Shown: piece by piece, positions 1 to 11,631 of the stretch
Layout: every line of letters starts with the position of its first letter
How positions within the stretch are numbered: the first letter of the stretch is position 1
NCBI GenBank assembly: GCA_973895155.1
Contig: OZ316892.1
Coordinates: 4,300,510-4,364,509, forward strand
Length of the DNA: 64,000 nt
Reading direction: 5' to 3'
From: Marsupella aquatica
Taxonomy: Eukaryota; Plantae; Marchantiophyta
Made by a program: the position numbers and the translations under genes
Notes under the pieces: generated by a model
The model's input: only the letters and a program-made list of their open reading frames with translations
The model's database searches: none
What the model was told of the DNA's origin: nothing

Positions 1-520
1 CGTGAGTTGTGTGGCGTTTTTCTTAGATCGTGAGCGGATTCGGTTTGAGGAGCGGCGGTGTTAATCGTCGAACGATTTTGGGGGACGAGAGAGGACTCTT
101 TGTCCAGGGCTCGATCATTCCGGCGAGTGCGATCACGAGGATTGCAAGTGTGCAGATGTGCGGATTCCAAGGGTGTTAATGAGACGGTTGGTCCGGGTTT
201 TGGTCTCGTGGATCGCGGGAGGTGGAGATTTAGGAGGATTCATTCGTTCGGACGACCGCGCGCTAGTTTTGCAGAGTCGGTTGTAGAGAAGTAGGATCCT
301 GGCAGCGCCGGCTGCTTAAATTTTGTTACCCTGTCTGCTCCAACATTCGTAGTCTCTTATCGGCCGTAGTGACCACAAAGGACGGTCGGGACGCATTCGA
401 GATTTCGCATCTGTTGCTAGGTGAATTCTCGTAGAGCACTGCATAGGACGAGGCTAGGACTAGAAGGCCAGGTTGCAAGGATTCCCTTCGCATCGCTGCT
501 GCCCTCCCACTTTTGACATT

Positions 521-1441
521 ATGGCCTTGCGAGATGAGGAGCAAGCGAGCAAGACTCACCAGGCAGAGCAGGGGGCACATTTCAGAGGGGTGAGGAAGAG
601 GCCGTGGGGCAGGTTTGCTGCCGAGATTCGCGATCCATGGAAGAAGACTAGAGTTTGGTTGGGGACTTTTGATACAGCGGAGGAGGCCGCAAGAGCGTAT
701 GATTCCGCTGCGCGGGCACTGAGAGGCGCCAAGGCCAAGACGAACTTCGTCACTCCATGCGACGATCAGAGCACCAGTCAAAGCTCCACCGTCGAGTCTT
801 GGAGCAGTCCGAAGAACCTTCAGAGGCCTGCCCCCTCCGATTCATGGCGGATCGATCTGAACGTCTCCTTCAACGATTATGTGACACCAGTGGAGGATCC
901 GAGCAGTAGAGCTGCAGCGAAGACCATCAGCGGGGCTCGATCTTGTCGGAGCCCTTCGGAGAACGTTGCGTGTGCTGTGTCGGGGAAACGACCTTCGACT
1001 CTTCTCTTTGAAGATGTAAGCGCCGGCGGCGATAAGCGTGCCAAAGTTGGCAAGAAGTTTGCCTCTACAGTCCCAGATAGAAGAGGGGTCGACGGAAGGG
1101 AATGGTCGGCGAAAGGAGTCGTCCAACAAGGTTTGGAGACCCGCGCCTGCCATAGCGACTGCGACTCCTCTTCGTCTGTAATTTTGGATACGGAGGCGCC
1201 CTGTGTGCCTGATGCGAAGCCGGCATCATCCACGCGATCGGGCCCCCTCCTCGACCTGAACATGCCACCTTCGGCCGAGTACTATTCGAACGATAGTGAG
1301 CCTTCTTGTGAGTATGCCGAAGAGAAAGGGTTGACCCTTCCTCCTTCTTCGGCCAGGAACGTAGAGTTTGAGAACAAAAAGGCCCCCGCGCCAGCCCTCT
1401 TGTTCGGTTGGAATGCGTTGCCATTGTGCAGTCGGGCCTGA
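521..1441 (+). CDS. AP2/ERF transcription factor, group VIII (ERF3/ERF4-like EAR repressor), single exon
   Basis: AP2 domain [57 protein letters not shown]; [11 protein letters not shown] motif typical of group VIII; EAR motif LLDLNMPP. First in-frame ATG is at 521 (the ORF track starts at a TTG at 473). Confidence 0.95.
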   Translation: MALRDEEQASKTHQAEQGAHFRGVRKRPWGRFAAEIRDPWKKTRVWLGTFDTAEEAARAYDSAARALRGAKAKTNFVTPCDDQSTSQSSTVESWSSPKNLQRPAPSDSWRIDLNVSFNDYVTPVEDPSSRAAAKTISGARSCRSPSENVACAVSGKRPSTLLFEDVSAGGDKRAKVGKKFASTVPDRRGVDGREWSAKGVVQQGLETRACHSDCDSSSSVILDTEAPCVPDAKPASSTRSGPLLDLNMPPSAEYYSNDSEPSCEYAEEKGLTLPPSSARNVEFENKKAPAPALLFGWNALPLCSRA

Positions 1442-4400
1442 GCTCGAGTTTGTAGAAGGATAAAGTCGTAGATGTAGGACAAGGATTTTAGTTTCAGTTG
1501 AGATACGCAGAGACCAACCTTAAAAGTCATCCAACCTTCGGCTGTAAGCCAGCCAGCCTGCAAACATCTTATTTTTTTCGTGTATAAGCTTGGTACATTC
1601 ACCAACGGACACTGATTTGTTCATATTGAAAAAAACTTGGGCTACCTGTGATGTCTTTGATTTCACATTCCTAGCAATCAAATCTGGGACCGAGAACTCC
1701 GGCGCCCTTATCAAACTACAATTTCGTCGGTTGTACTTGGATTCGTCTGGTTTGGTCTGGAATTCAGCTGTGATGTTGTGTTCTTTGTGCTTTCTAGTCA
1801 CAGTCGGATGTCAAGCAAAAAAGTGTCTGTGGAAGACTCTGCACTTTCCAACGAGACTCGTCCAATTCGTGTCGGGTTCGATATAGTACGCATCACTTTT
1901 GCTTATCCCATTGCAATTGTTTGAGTCGTTGGGAAGATTGTCAGATCTGCTTCCGAGATCAGTCCAGTTCAATCGTATTGTGATCGAGTCTCCACTACAG
2001 GTATGGATATTAGCCAGCTTTTTTTATGTGAAAAAGCTTGTTCAGATTGAATGCAAGGATTTCCTTTGCTCGTTGCTTGGATCACAGTTTCGAGCTTTGT
2101 GACGTCATCGTGGCAAGTCGAGTTTCATTATCGGTGGTTTCAAAAGTTCAGTTGATCGTCTGAGCTCACTGGATCTGCACAGCCTTGATCGAGGCGTTCC
2201 AATACTGACAAATCGGCGAGGTACTCTTCGAAGGACTGGATTTCAGCTCTGAAGCGTTCAAGTAGTGACAGTCTGCAAGGTACTCCTCGAAGGTCTTTGG
2301 ACTCCAGCTTTGAAAAATCTATGAACTTCTTCGTACAGTTCCGGATATGTACCGACTCTGATAGGTTTAGTCAGAAGGATTACGGAATCGTTTGGTTGTT
2401 CTAATTTAGCTTCTCAATCAGCGATACTGGGATCGTGCCAAACGACAAGCCTGTCTCCGGATTGGCACCACTTCTTATGACGGTAGATCCGAGGGTCTTA
2501 GGTACATTCTTCGCATTGCTCAGCTGCAGGATGTTCGCATTTTGGAATCAAGGGATTTTTTCTGCTGAAGGGTGGAGGTAGTGACTTTCTCACTGCGACT
2601 TGGGGCAGAATTCGAGGGCATCCAAGCTATTGGTGAGTGTACATTTCGTGGACTACCCGTTCCTCGATAAAGGGCACCGATCTCTGTTCTCAAACAGCGA
2701 GCACAGTGAGCTTTTCTGTCAGCGGCTCATACGTCAGTTTCCATCACGTGGGCCTACAGCTCAGTCCAGTCCGCGACTTAGTAGCCTTCAATTCTTATTA
2801 GCCTTCAGTCATATCGTCATTAGGTGTTGGGAAGCCATCAAAGGCCGGGGCCGGAGATTCAAGATTGTGAACTGTATAGTCATGCTTCATTTGTCTTGTC
2901 CGGGATTGAAGACATCACATTCCGGGCCGAAAGATTGTGAACTGAAAAGTCTGTTCCCAAACGTCTCACTTCTGTTGGCAGAAAGCAACGTCGTGTAGAA
3001 CCATTCGATTTTGGATCCGCTACCACTCTCGGACATGGCAGATCATGCGGACTGTCTGCAATTTGTAAATGTTCCTTCACCTCGGCTTTAATCCCTCTTT
3101 AATGTCGCATGGGAAATGAGTATTGGGCAACAAAAGACGAGGTCAGGTACGATGGCGAATTAAATCCTGTTACACACAACCTCCGCCCTCCTTCATTCCT
3201 GCTTGGGCTACCTCATAAAGGCGAGAGAGAAAGGGGAGAGAGAGCGCAAGTACGAAGCAGCCCCATGAATCCTCCACATTTTCTACACGGATGCAATTTA
3301 CGGTGCCTCTCGACACAACTGCGCGCACGACGCAGACACGAAGATTCGTCTATAACATCATCCTGCCACCTCTACTCCATCGCACGCTTTTCTCTTATAA
3401 TTGCAACTCTACTAATACCTTACCGATTATCAGAATAGATCATGCCAAGGGCTAATTTTAATATTTTTATCTTTCTAATATAAGGAAATAAACTTATCCT
3501 CACTTGCTTAATCAGGCATGGTCGCGCTTGTCTTAGTGTGAAAGTCTATAAAAGCAGGCATGAGTAGGCATGGTTGTGCTTGTCTTAGTGAAAGTCTAAA
3601 AAATAACCTATCCTGAAAACATATTTAACCATGCATGACTGGTGACTCTTTCTTGCCAAATAATGGCACCAACTGACAAAACTAGCATCAACTAAATTTT
3701 TGTATTAATGTTTTCACACATACCAAAGAAACAAGATTTTAGATAGGTCTAATGTCACGAATAATCTAGTATGTAAGACCTTTCAAATTATAATGGAATA
3801 TAGCTATCTAATAAAGCTAGGACAAGGGTTGGTGATCTGGAGTGAGGCATCTAGACTGTGGCTCTGGGGGTGCACCCACCGTTGGAATGCAACTGGAAAA
3901 AAAGGACACAATGATACTCACTATATCGTTACTAACAAAGCTAGAACATTCAGGCTAGTCCCGTGAATAATTTATATAGATTATAGACATTCACTCTAAT
4001 AATAATGTATACATTGATACATTATTGTTTTCATTGTACTGCTGAGTAAAGGATAAAGCTGTGTTTTAATTATATTGCTGAGTTGAATATTGTGGACTGA
4101 AAAGTGACTCAGCAAGGTCAAACGAGTGAAGGGTTTCATATATAATTCTTTCACTTTTAAGAAACATATACATTGATATATGAGTGTTTTATATCAAAAT
4201 GCTTAGGATCAAATATGGATTGTAATATTTTTCCAAGTTTCATAACACTACCTCAGATTTTGCTCATGGGACAAAAAAATTCAATAATTATCTATTTAAT
4301 GCGCTAAGCTCATAGTCCATAGAGTACTCTTGCCCAATTCCTCGCCTATTAGACCAGGCCAGGTTAGGGCTTCCGTCCTCATGGCACACCACTTACATTC

Positions 4401-5292
4401 TGGGGCACTTGCCTGCCCAAAGGCCCACCGATATCAATCAGGTACTGTATGTATTGTTGTTCTTTTATGGTATTAGAGCTTCTCAACGGCTTGGTTACTC
4501 TAAGTAATAAATACCTAGTCCGCCAATTTAGTTTAGCGTAAGAGTGTCAGGCTGGCCATGACGTTTTTCCTGCTTGCACCAGTTCCTGCCATTCCAATAT
4601 TGTTCCAGATAGGTCACCTGAGGAGATGCAGAATGGCAAATAGCGCATTTTTGGCAGGCTGGAAAAAGTTTTTCCCAGGCTTTGCAAATTGCATTGACGC
4701 TTGACAGTCTGCCACACTAGCAAATCAGGCACCAACTTCACTGTTCCTCGTACTCTTCACAGTTCACTCTGCAACCATCCTGTGAAGTGTGAATGCCCCA
4801 AATGGCAAGCACCCAAATGGCAACCACTTTTGCGACAAACAAAATTATTCGAGATGGCTCTACTATCTCTGCCTACATTTGTGTCATATGTATCACAGTG
4901 TCCCTTCAAGGTCGTTTTACCCGCCCACAGGTGGTAAACCACTGCGTATGGTCTAAGTGACAATCATGGTCAAGTGAAACTCAGCCCCAATCCCTCCAGG
5001 ATAACTGCCCACCCAAAAGAAAGAAAAAACAGACAACACCCTGTAACGTGTTCTGTGTCGATTATCCGCTCCCCTCGTTCTGCCCACCCCCATGACAGGC
5101 AAACCACCCCACCCCCACCCGATCGCCGTGTACCGTATCGTCCGCCTTCCCTCCCGCCCGCGTTGGCGCCCGCCAAACAGGACCTTCGCGGTGCCCACTT
5201 GACCGAGCCCTGCGTACCTGCCCGGGTGGTGCGTACCTGCCCGCGCATCGCGTACACTCTTTGACGGAGCGGGCGGCACAGACACACAGGAA

Positions 5293-5319
5293 GAGAGAGA
5301 GAGAGAGAGAAAGAGAGAG
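5293..5319. repeat. (GA)n microsatellite in a GC-rich, promoter/5'UTR-like island
   Basis: agagagagagagagagagaaagagagag, flanked by CpG-rich sequence about 5040-5600. Confidence 0.8.
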
Positions 5320-6169
5320 TAAATTAATAAACAAAACAACAAAATGATAATAATGGCCCACAGAAAATGACCAACAGAATCATTGCCGCACCGCCCTCTT
5401 TCTGCCGCGAATCTTACAATCTCTACCGCCGAAATTCGAGATTCGCAGATCCCGAACCTGACCCAGCCTGCGGCTCGGGACCATGCAGTCGTAGATCAAG
5501 GCGAGAGATATGCGGACCGTGTATTAATACGATTTTAAATACTGGTCCGTATCTAGGCACGTTTTCCCGGGCCTACAGGAACACCACGGCTTTGGGCAGT
5601 CAAACGAAGTGAAAGACCGAAACAGGAAAAGGGAAAAGGGTTTTTCACTCTCTCGCCTTATTATTAAAAGAAAAATGGAAAAGTCAAGATTGAGAAACGA
5701 CCATTAAATGTCTTTTATATGCATGATGTAAGAATAGGTTTATTAAGCGTTGATGTTTCCTCTGAAATTAAATCAGGACCGTGTCATAAGTGTAAATAAA
5801 TTGCAATTGGCTTTACAAAAACTTGGGGTCCAGTCACTGATGCACTCTAACTAGTGTCTAGTTCAAGCAGGGCGGCTCAAGGAAACGTCTATGGGGTGCT
5901 CTAATTTTGCCTAGAATTGTACATCACCTCCAGAGTAGACTCAAGCATTTCCAAACTGTGGCTCCTTTGGAGTTTGTATGTATTCATTTTCATTTCAAAG
6001 ATTTTTGTCTAGAGTAATCTTTAAAACAAAAAGTGACGGCTGAGTTAGTTTTGGCGACCAAAATTGTAATTGACCCTTGGGGCTTGTAAAGACACCTTAA
6101 ATAAACCACTGTTTCCAAACGGGAGACAAACTTTTATTGTCACCTGCTTGAGGAAAAAGTGAAAACATG

Positions 6170-7110
6170 AGCTTTGCTTACTGGCCAGTAACCATTGCAT
6201 TCAAAATAAAATAGGAATCAAGAAATAACCGAAGCAAGTTTTCTCTCGTCAATGTGTTCAGAAAACATTGCTATCAAATTTTAAAATGAATAATTATATC
6301 CATAAACTCGGAGTACAGCATTCACCCAAACACGAAATATACCATTGTTAAAAAATTTGGAGAATCTCACTGTTGCAACTGACACGACAAATAACCAAAA
6401 TAACTGGTCAGTAAACAATTGTGTTCAAAGTTTTAAAATGAACATCCAATGTAGATAGAGTACAGCATTCACCCCAACATAAAATAAAGATGTTTAAAAA
6501 GTTCGGAGACAGTCTTCTCGACAGGATTTCTCTATTTCAACTGCCTGGAAACAGAACCAAGGAAACATGAACTCCTGTTACTAGTCAATAAACAATTGCG
6601 GTCAAAACTAAAAATGGAACTAGTCGTGCAATGAAGATATGGTAAAACTGTACTCTCCGCCGAACTCGGACTATAGCACACCCCAACAGAAAGTAAACCA
6701 TTCTTAAAAAAATTAGGAGGCAAGAACCTATCTACCAACCAGATTTAACTCCTGTCACTGGCTCCTAAACTTTGCTCTCGACAAACTCGAAGTACGGCAT
6801 TGACCCATCTCTCAAAACAAATCCGAGAAAATCTTCGATTGCAACCCACGAACATTAGCTCTGTTGTACTGGTAAGTCCAATTTTCGTTTTAAGCTAAAC
6901 CCTAAAATTACCCATCCAGTGAAGATATATATATAAACTTCACTCTGGATAACTCGCAGTAAATTTTCACAAATAATCGAAAAAATTAGCTCGTTTTTAC
7001 TTGGTAAGTAAAATCCTCTCTGAGGGATAAACCCAAAACTAAACATCCAATGTAAGGTATGAAAAAGCCTTTATTGTCGATAATCTCGGAGTACGGCAGT
7101 CACCCCAGAG
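6170..7110. repeat. degenerate tandem repeat with units of about 120-200 bp
   Basis: AACTCGGAGTACAGCATTCACCC-like motif near 6305, 6458, 6663, 6785 and 7085; several copies are preceded by ACTGGYCAGTAAACAATTG-like and TAAAATGAA-like blocks. Confidence 0.65.
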
Positions 7111-10100
7111 ATAAGAACGTCGGTAGGTCACTCCACTATTTTTCTGTCTTTCAGGGCAGGATCCCTTTTGTCCCGTTAGGATCCGCATGTTGAGGGCACG
7201 GAGATGCGTGTGTCAGGAAACCGGAGGCTTGTACCTCACTCGTCAGCAGCGGGCAGTACGCGGAAATGCGATCATTGTTGTTGTGTTTATCTACGCAACG
7301 GAGACAACTCAAATAGTGCGGATTGGTGGGCGTCACGACGCCCAATCAAAACTAATCGAAAGGACAGGACGGTTTTCTTGTCTCCTTCCTTGTTTACGCT
7401 CACGGAGTCACGGGCAGCGGAGTTGCTCCGGGATGGGCATAAGTTAGATCTTTCTGTTCTGACTCTGTTTGTGCCTACAGGATTGTGGTTTATTATTGTC
7501 TCCTTGACCACTGGCCTCCAGTGGTCGTGCTTTTTTATGGGTTGGACTGCACTCTGTCCGCTCCAAAATTGTTTGGACTTACCAAGTTACCAAGCACAGG
7601 GATTCACAACCACGTGGTAATTAGGTGCTAATAATAAGTAATTAAAGTAAAACAGCAGTGACTGGAAAAACGCACTTACATCTCTAACACTCTTTCTAAT
7701 TGAATGATATATTACAGTGCAAACAAACAATAGGCAATCGGGAAACCGTATCTCCCAGGCAGGGGAGAAAACAAGGAAAAACCCCCAAGGAAACCAAAGA
7801 GCCACAATGCACGACCATTCCAGGCAGGGGACAAAACAAGGAAAATCCCCCAAGGAAACCAAAGAGCCACATGCAAGACTATCTTCATACTACTGTAAAA
7901 GAAAACCTTAATACTACTGAGTGGGAAACTGAAAAGTCTCTTAAAGTTGTGGAGTAATTAATATAGGAGGGCAAGGAAGAGTAATTTGTACCTAAAATCA
8001 ACAGCCTTTGCACAATCAAGAGTTGTGAATCCCTGTGCCCTATGAAGTGCAATGAACTTCGGAAAAGACCTCGCTCTACACAAAAACCAGATAGACCCAT
8101 AAGAAGCGGTCAACAATAGGGTGCATGAGCTACGGAGTTCACTTGGATGGCATTTAAGAATTGGTTAGCCAGCATTTTCATTGTTTATGATGGTACAGGC
8201 AATTGGGTTCATGAACCCATGTGGTGCACATAATTATCACTAATTTAAGGATTCCGTTTGCTAAGTTTAGTAGCCTTAAGGAAATTTGCTTTTATATACG
8301 TCTGTCACTAAAGATGATTGAAGTTATAATAGTGTCATTGTTCTTATTACATTTATAAATATATCATGATTTTTTTATATAATTTTCTTGATTATGTTCC
8401 TCATCCACATACAAAATAATATTTATAAATATAAAAAATGTCAATATTGTCAAATTTGGTGGCAAAGAATTTAAAAGCTATTAGAGCAATGTACTCTTCC
8501 CTTGTGTAATGGGTAATGCTTGATTGCCTCTCTTTAGTATTTTTTTTCTTTTCCTTTTTAGGTTTCTATCACAACCTACTGTTGAATTTGGGGACAAATT
8601 TATAGATGCAATAGTGCATGCTGATGTGGAACACCCTTCACCATGTGAAAATCAAGTAACAAGCTGGGCATCCTCTTGGCCTTTAGAGGAGTTATCCTTC
8701 TCTAATTAGCAATGAAGGATCTCCATTCCGAAATTAGGCTTCATAATTCATGTAAAAATGTCACATTTTCATTTTTAAGATCATTTGACTCATATTTGAT
8801 TGCAGAGTGGATCAGTGTGAATTTGGACATCTATTTTTATTATTGTTTATGACACAAAGTCAATAACATTAAGCTAAAATGATAGATATACAAATCATGT
8901 GACATTAGATGTGTATAAAGTAATCTAGAATTGACATATCAATCATTTTGAAATCCTAAATGCTTGTCAAATGGATATATGATCCTTTGAAATGGATATG
9001 TGATCTAGTTTCCTTATGTGTTTAACTTAATTAATTGTGGATTCCATTCAAAAGAATACATCCAGAATAAGCTGGTAAAGAATACATCCAGAATAAGTCT
9101 TGGATTTTCACTCATTTCAGTATGTTAAGGGATTGGACCCAAACGTATAAAAGTATGAGTCCATTCCCAGACCGTATCCTTGATAGGTAGATTTTTGAAT
9201 GGCTTCGTTTATTGGAATTTTATTTTCAAGCGATTACAGGTCTTGCGAATAGTCCCTAACGTGTGGAGCGAGGCCAAAACAAAGGGCGCAGGATTTTTAA
9301 CATGATTGCATTTTTGACATGATTGACTGGCACAAAGAGGTGGCTATTGCTTTTCGTGGTGGCCCGTTTTGGCCACCGTCACAATTGTTTTGCAGAGGTT
9401 GGGATGTTGATGATCATTCTCTAGCTAGGGAACCTATTTTTAGTTTGCTCTGTAGACACTGCCCCCACCCAGCCGTCCATATATGGGACTAGATGAGGGC
9501 AGCCACGAGTCATGGTTACCCTACATGTTGAAACAGAGGGGAAATAAAGTCATGTTGTACTTGTTTCAAACATAGGTGTGATCCTTTTTCACTACCCAAC
9601 TTATGCTACATGACTGGTTTCTTCCCTCACCCAGACAATTCTGCTCCAGATTCTTCTCCCGCATGTAACACGGGTTATGTGCCCAATTGCATGGGGCGGA
9701 TTATTTATATCATGTGCCACAGGTACTTGTGGAACTGTAGTTGCAGAAATTATCCAATGTAAACAAAATTCAACTATGAACCAGTAGTTAGACTGAATAT
9801 AAAACACTCCAAAGAACAACAGGGGCCAGAGCTAGTACAAAACCATATGATACAGAGGAGACATGATCCCAAAGACAAGAACTCCATAAAGTGGGAAACC
9901 AAGGGAAAAATCTGGGAAGACCAATGAGCCGAAAAGCCCAATACTCCTAAACAACAGCCAAAGAACTAGAACTCAAGCCCTACTACTCAACAAACTGAAA
10001 AGTATGGTATAGCTCCGGAGTAACCACACAAGAGGGCCACAAAGAGTAAATTGACTAGAAGCCTTTAATTTAACTGCCTTGGCCCAACACATGATAGTGA

Positions 10101-10896
10101 ATGCTTGAGCCCTCTATAGAACAACTGACACCGTTGTAAAAAAAGAAGCCAATGAGGACTGAAACCAGGGAGTAGTTGGATTGCTTTGCACCAAGGCAGT
10201 TCCACTTTAAATTAAGAAATATTCAGTATTTCCTTCTCGTCTCTGTTGATGAGTACTACCAAGAGGGCTACAAAGTAGTTCCTCTTAGTTGCGGGCTCCA
10301 ATCTACCTTTGATGACATTCTCATCTCATCCTTTCATATAATTCAAGCTTCTCATCATCGTTTGGAAGAAAGAGGCTCAGTAAAATAATGGTTTCCAGTT
10401 GCAATAGACAAAGTGGTCCCTAACCCTAAATTGAAAACTAGAACGCTCAGGAAAGTTCAATGTTTTTGGCGCGCAGCTAATGATCATGTTTTTTGTTTTG
10501 GGCTTTCTTTTTGTTGCATAATTTGGTTGACTAGGTAAGTACCTGATTTGAGTATCTTTGGTTTTTTGGTTTGGATTTTCCTTCAAGCGAAAACCAAGCA
10601 TTGACCACTGAGGCAGGTAGATCCACCCCGTGTCTATATTTCTATCTATATCTAGATAATATGCAATCTTAATCCGGGTCCTAAACTGTTTTTCTCAAAC
10701 TGCGTGTACTAATGATTGGTTAAACCCTAATCCAAACCCTGAACCCTAAACATCAGGAGGACTCTAGCACTAGCCTCATCTCAAGCAAACCAGAGTTGGT
10801 CCCAACTTGTTCTAGGTCGTGTAGATGACTAGAAGATTATGATTGGCACTATAGTCAATAATGAAATTTATTGCGGAAGAATGCAAGACTTATGAA

Positions 10897-11631
10897 TGTT
10901 GAGCAAAGACACTACGCACAACAACATGCATATGTGAGCATCAAACAAATACATAGTGGACACTATAGATACATGGTTCACCTTCACAAGACTACGTCCA
11001 GGTGAACACACCAGAGCTTTCTTAAACTCTAAACACACTGGTCATACCAGCTCCCTACCCCGCTCCCTACCTCTCAATTGGCTTTGAAACAATGAACCTG
11101 CGTTCCTTCACACAAGGAAATACTATCTTGCTTGTGTATATATATAGTAAGTAGCATGGTTACCAAGTACCCAGGAAAGTACCTGACTATTGTTAGTTTA
11201 GTAATTAACTCTTGTTCCCGGATTTACTTAGTTTGGCTTTACTACAATTAGATAACTCTTGATTACATTAGGATAAGATCAAATTGGACTAGGCCCACTA
11301 ATCTCAGTTCCCCTTGGGTGGATAGGTTGGAGGGAGAGCTTTTGGGGATAATACTCATCTCGAGACACCATGCACATGTAAACACCATACAAAGTAGTCG
11401 ACACAGCGAGTACATGGTTCACCTCCTGACTGAGGCTACAGCCACGTGAAAGCAAGAGACCTTTACTTCTCTCTTGCTCCACTCCAACAATGAACTTAAG
11501 ATCCACCAGGGGCTAGCATCAACCCTGGTTATATATAATATGCATCACTACTAACCTTAGCTAAGTCCTAACCTGAGTTAGCCTAACTGCGGTTAGCCCT
11601 AGAGTCACAAGACTAAGAGCAATACTCAACA
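10897..11631 (-). mobile_element. two adjacent degenerate LTR remnants related to the copia LTR at 51379
   Basis: Starts TGTTGAGCAAAGAC and ends CTCAACA; the block (g)acac..agatacatggttcacct..ac..gactacgtcca occurs twice (about 10960-11000 and 11398-11445) and matches the copia LTR; no TSD recovered. Confidence 0.6.

Noticed and set aside
10720-10752. Interstitial telomere tract
   Set aside because: Only three degenerate AACCCT units; at most a telo-box cluster
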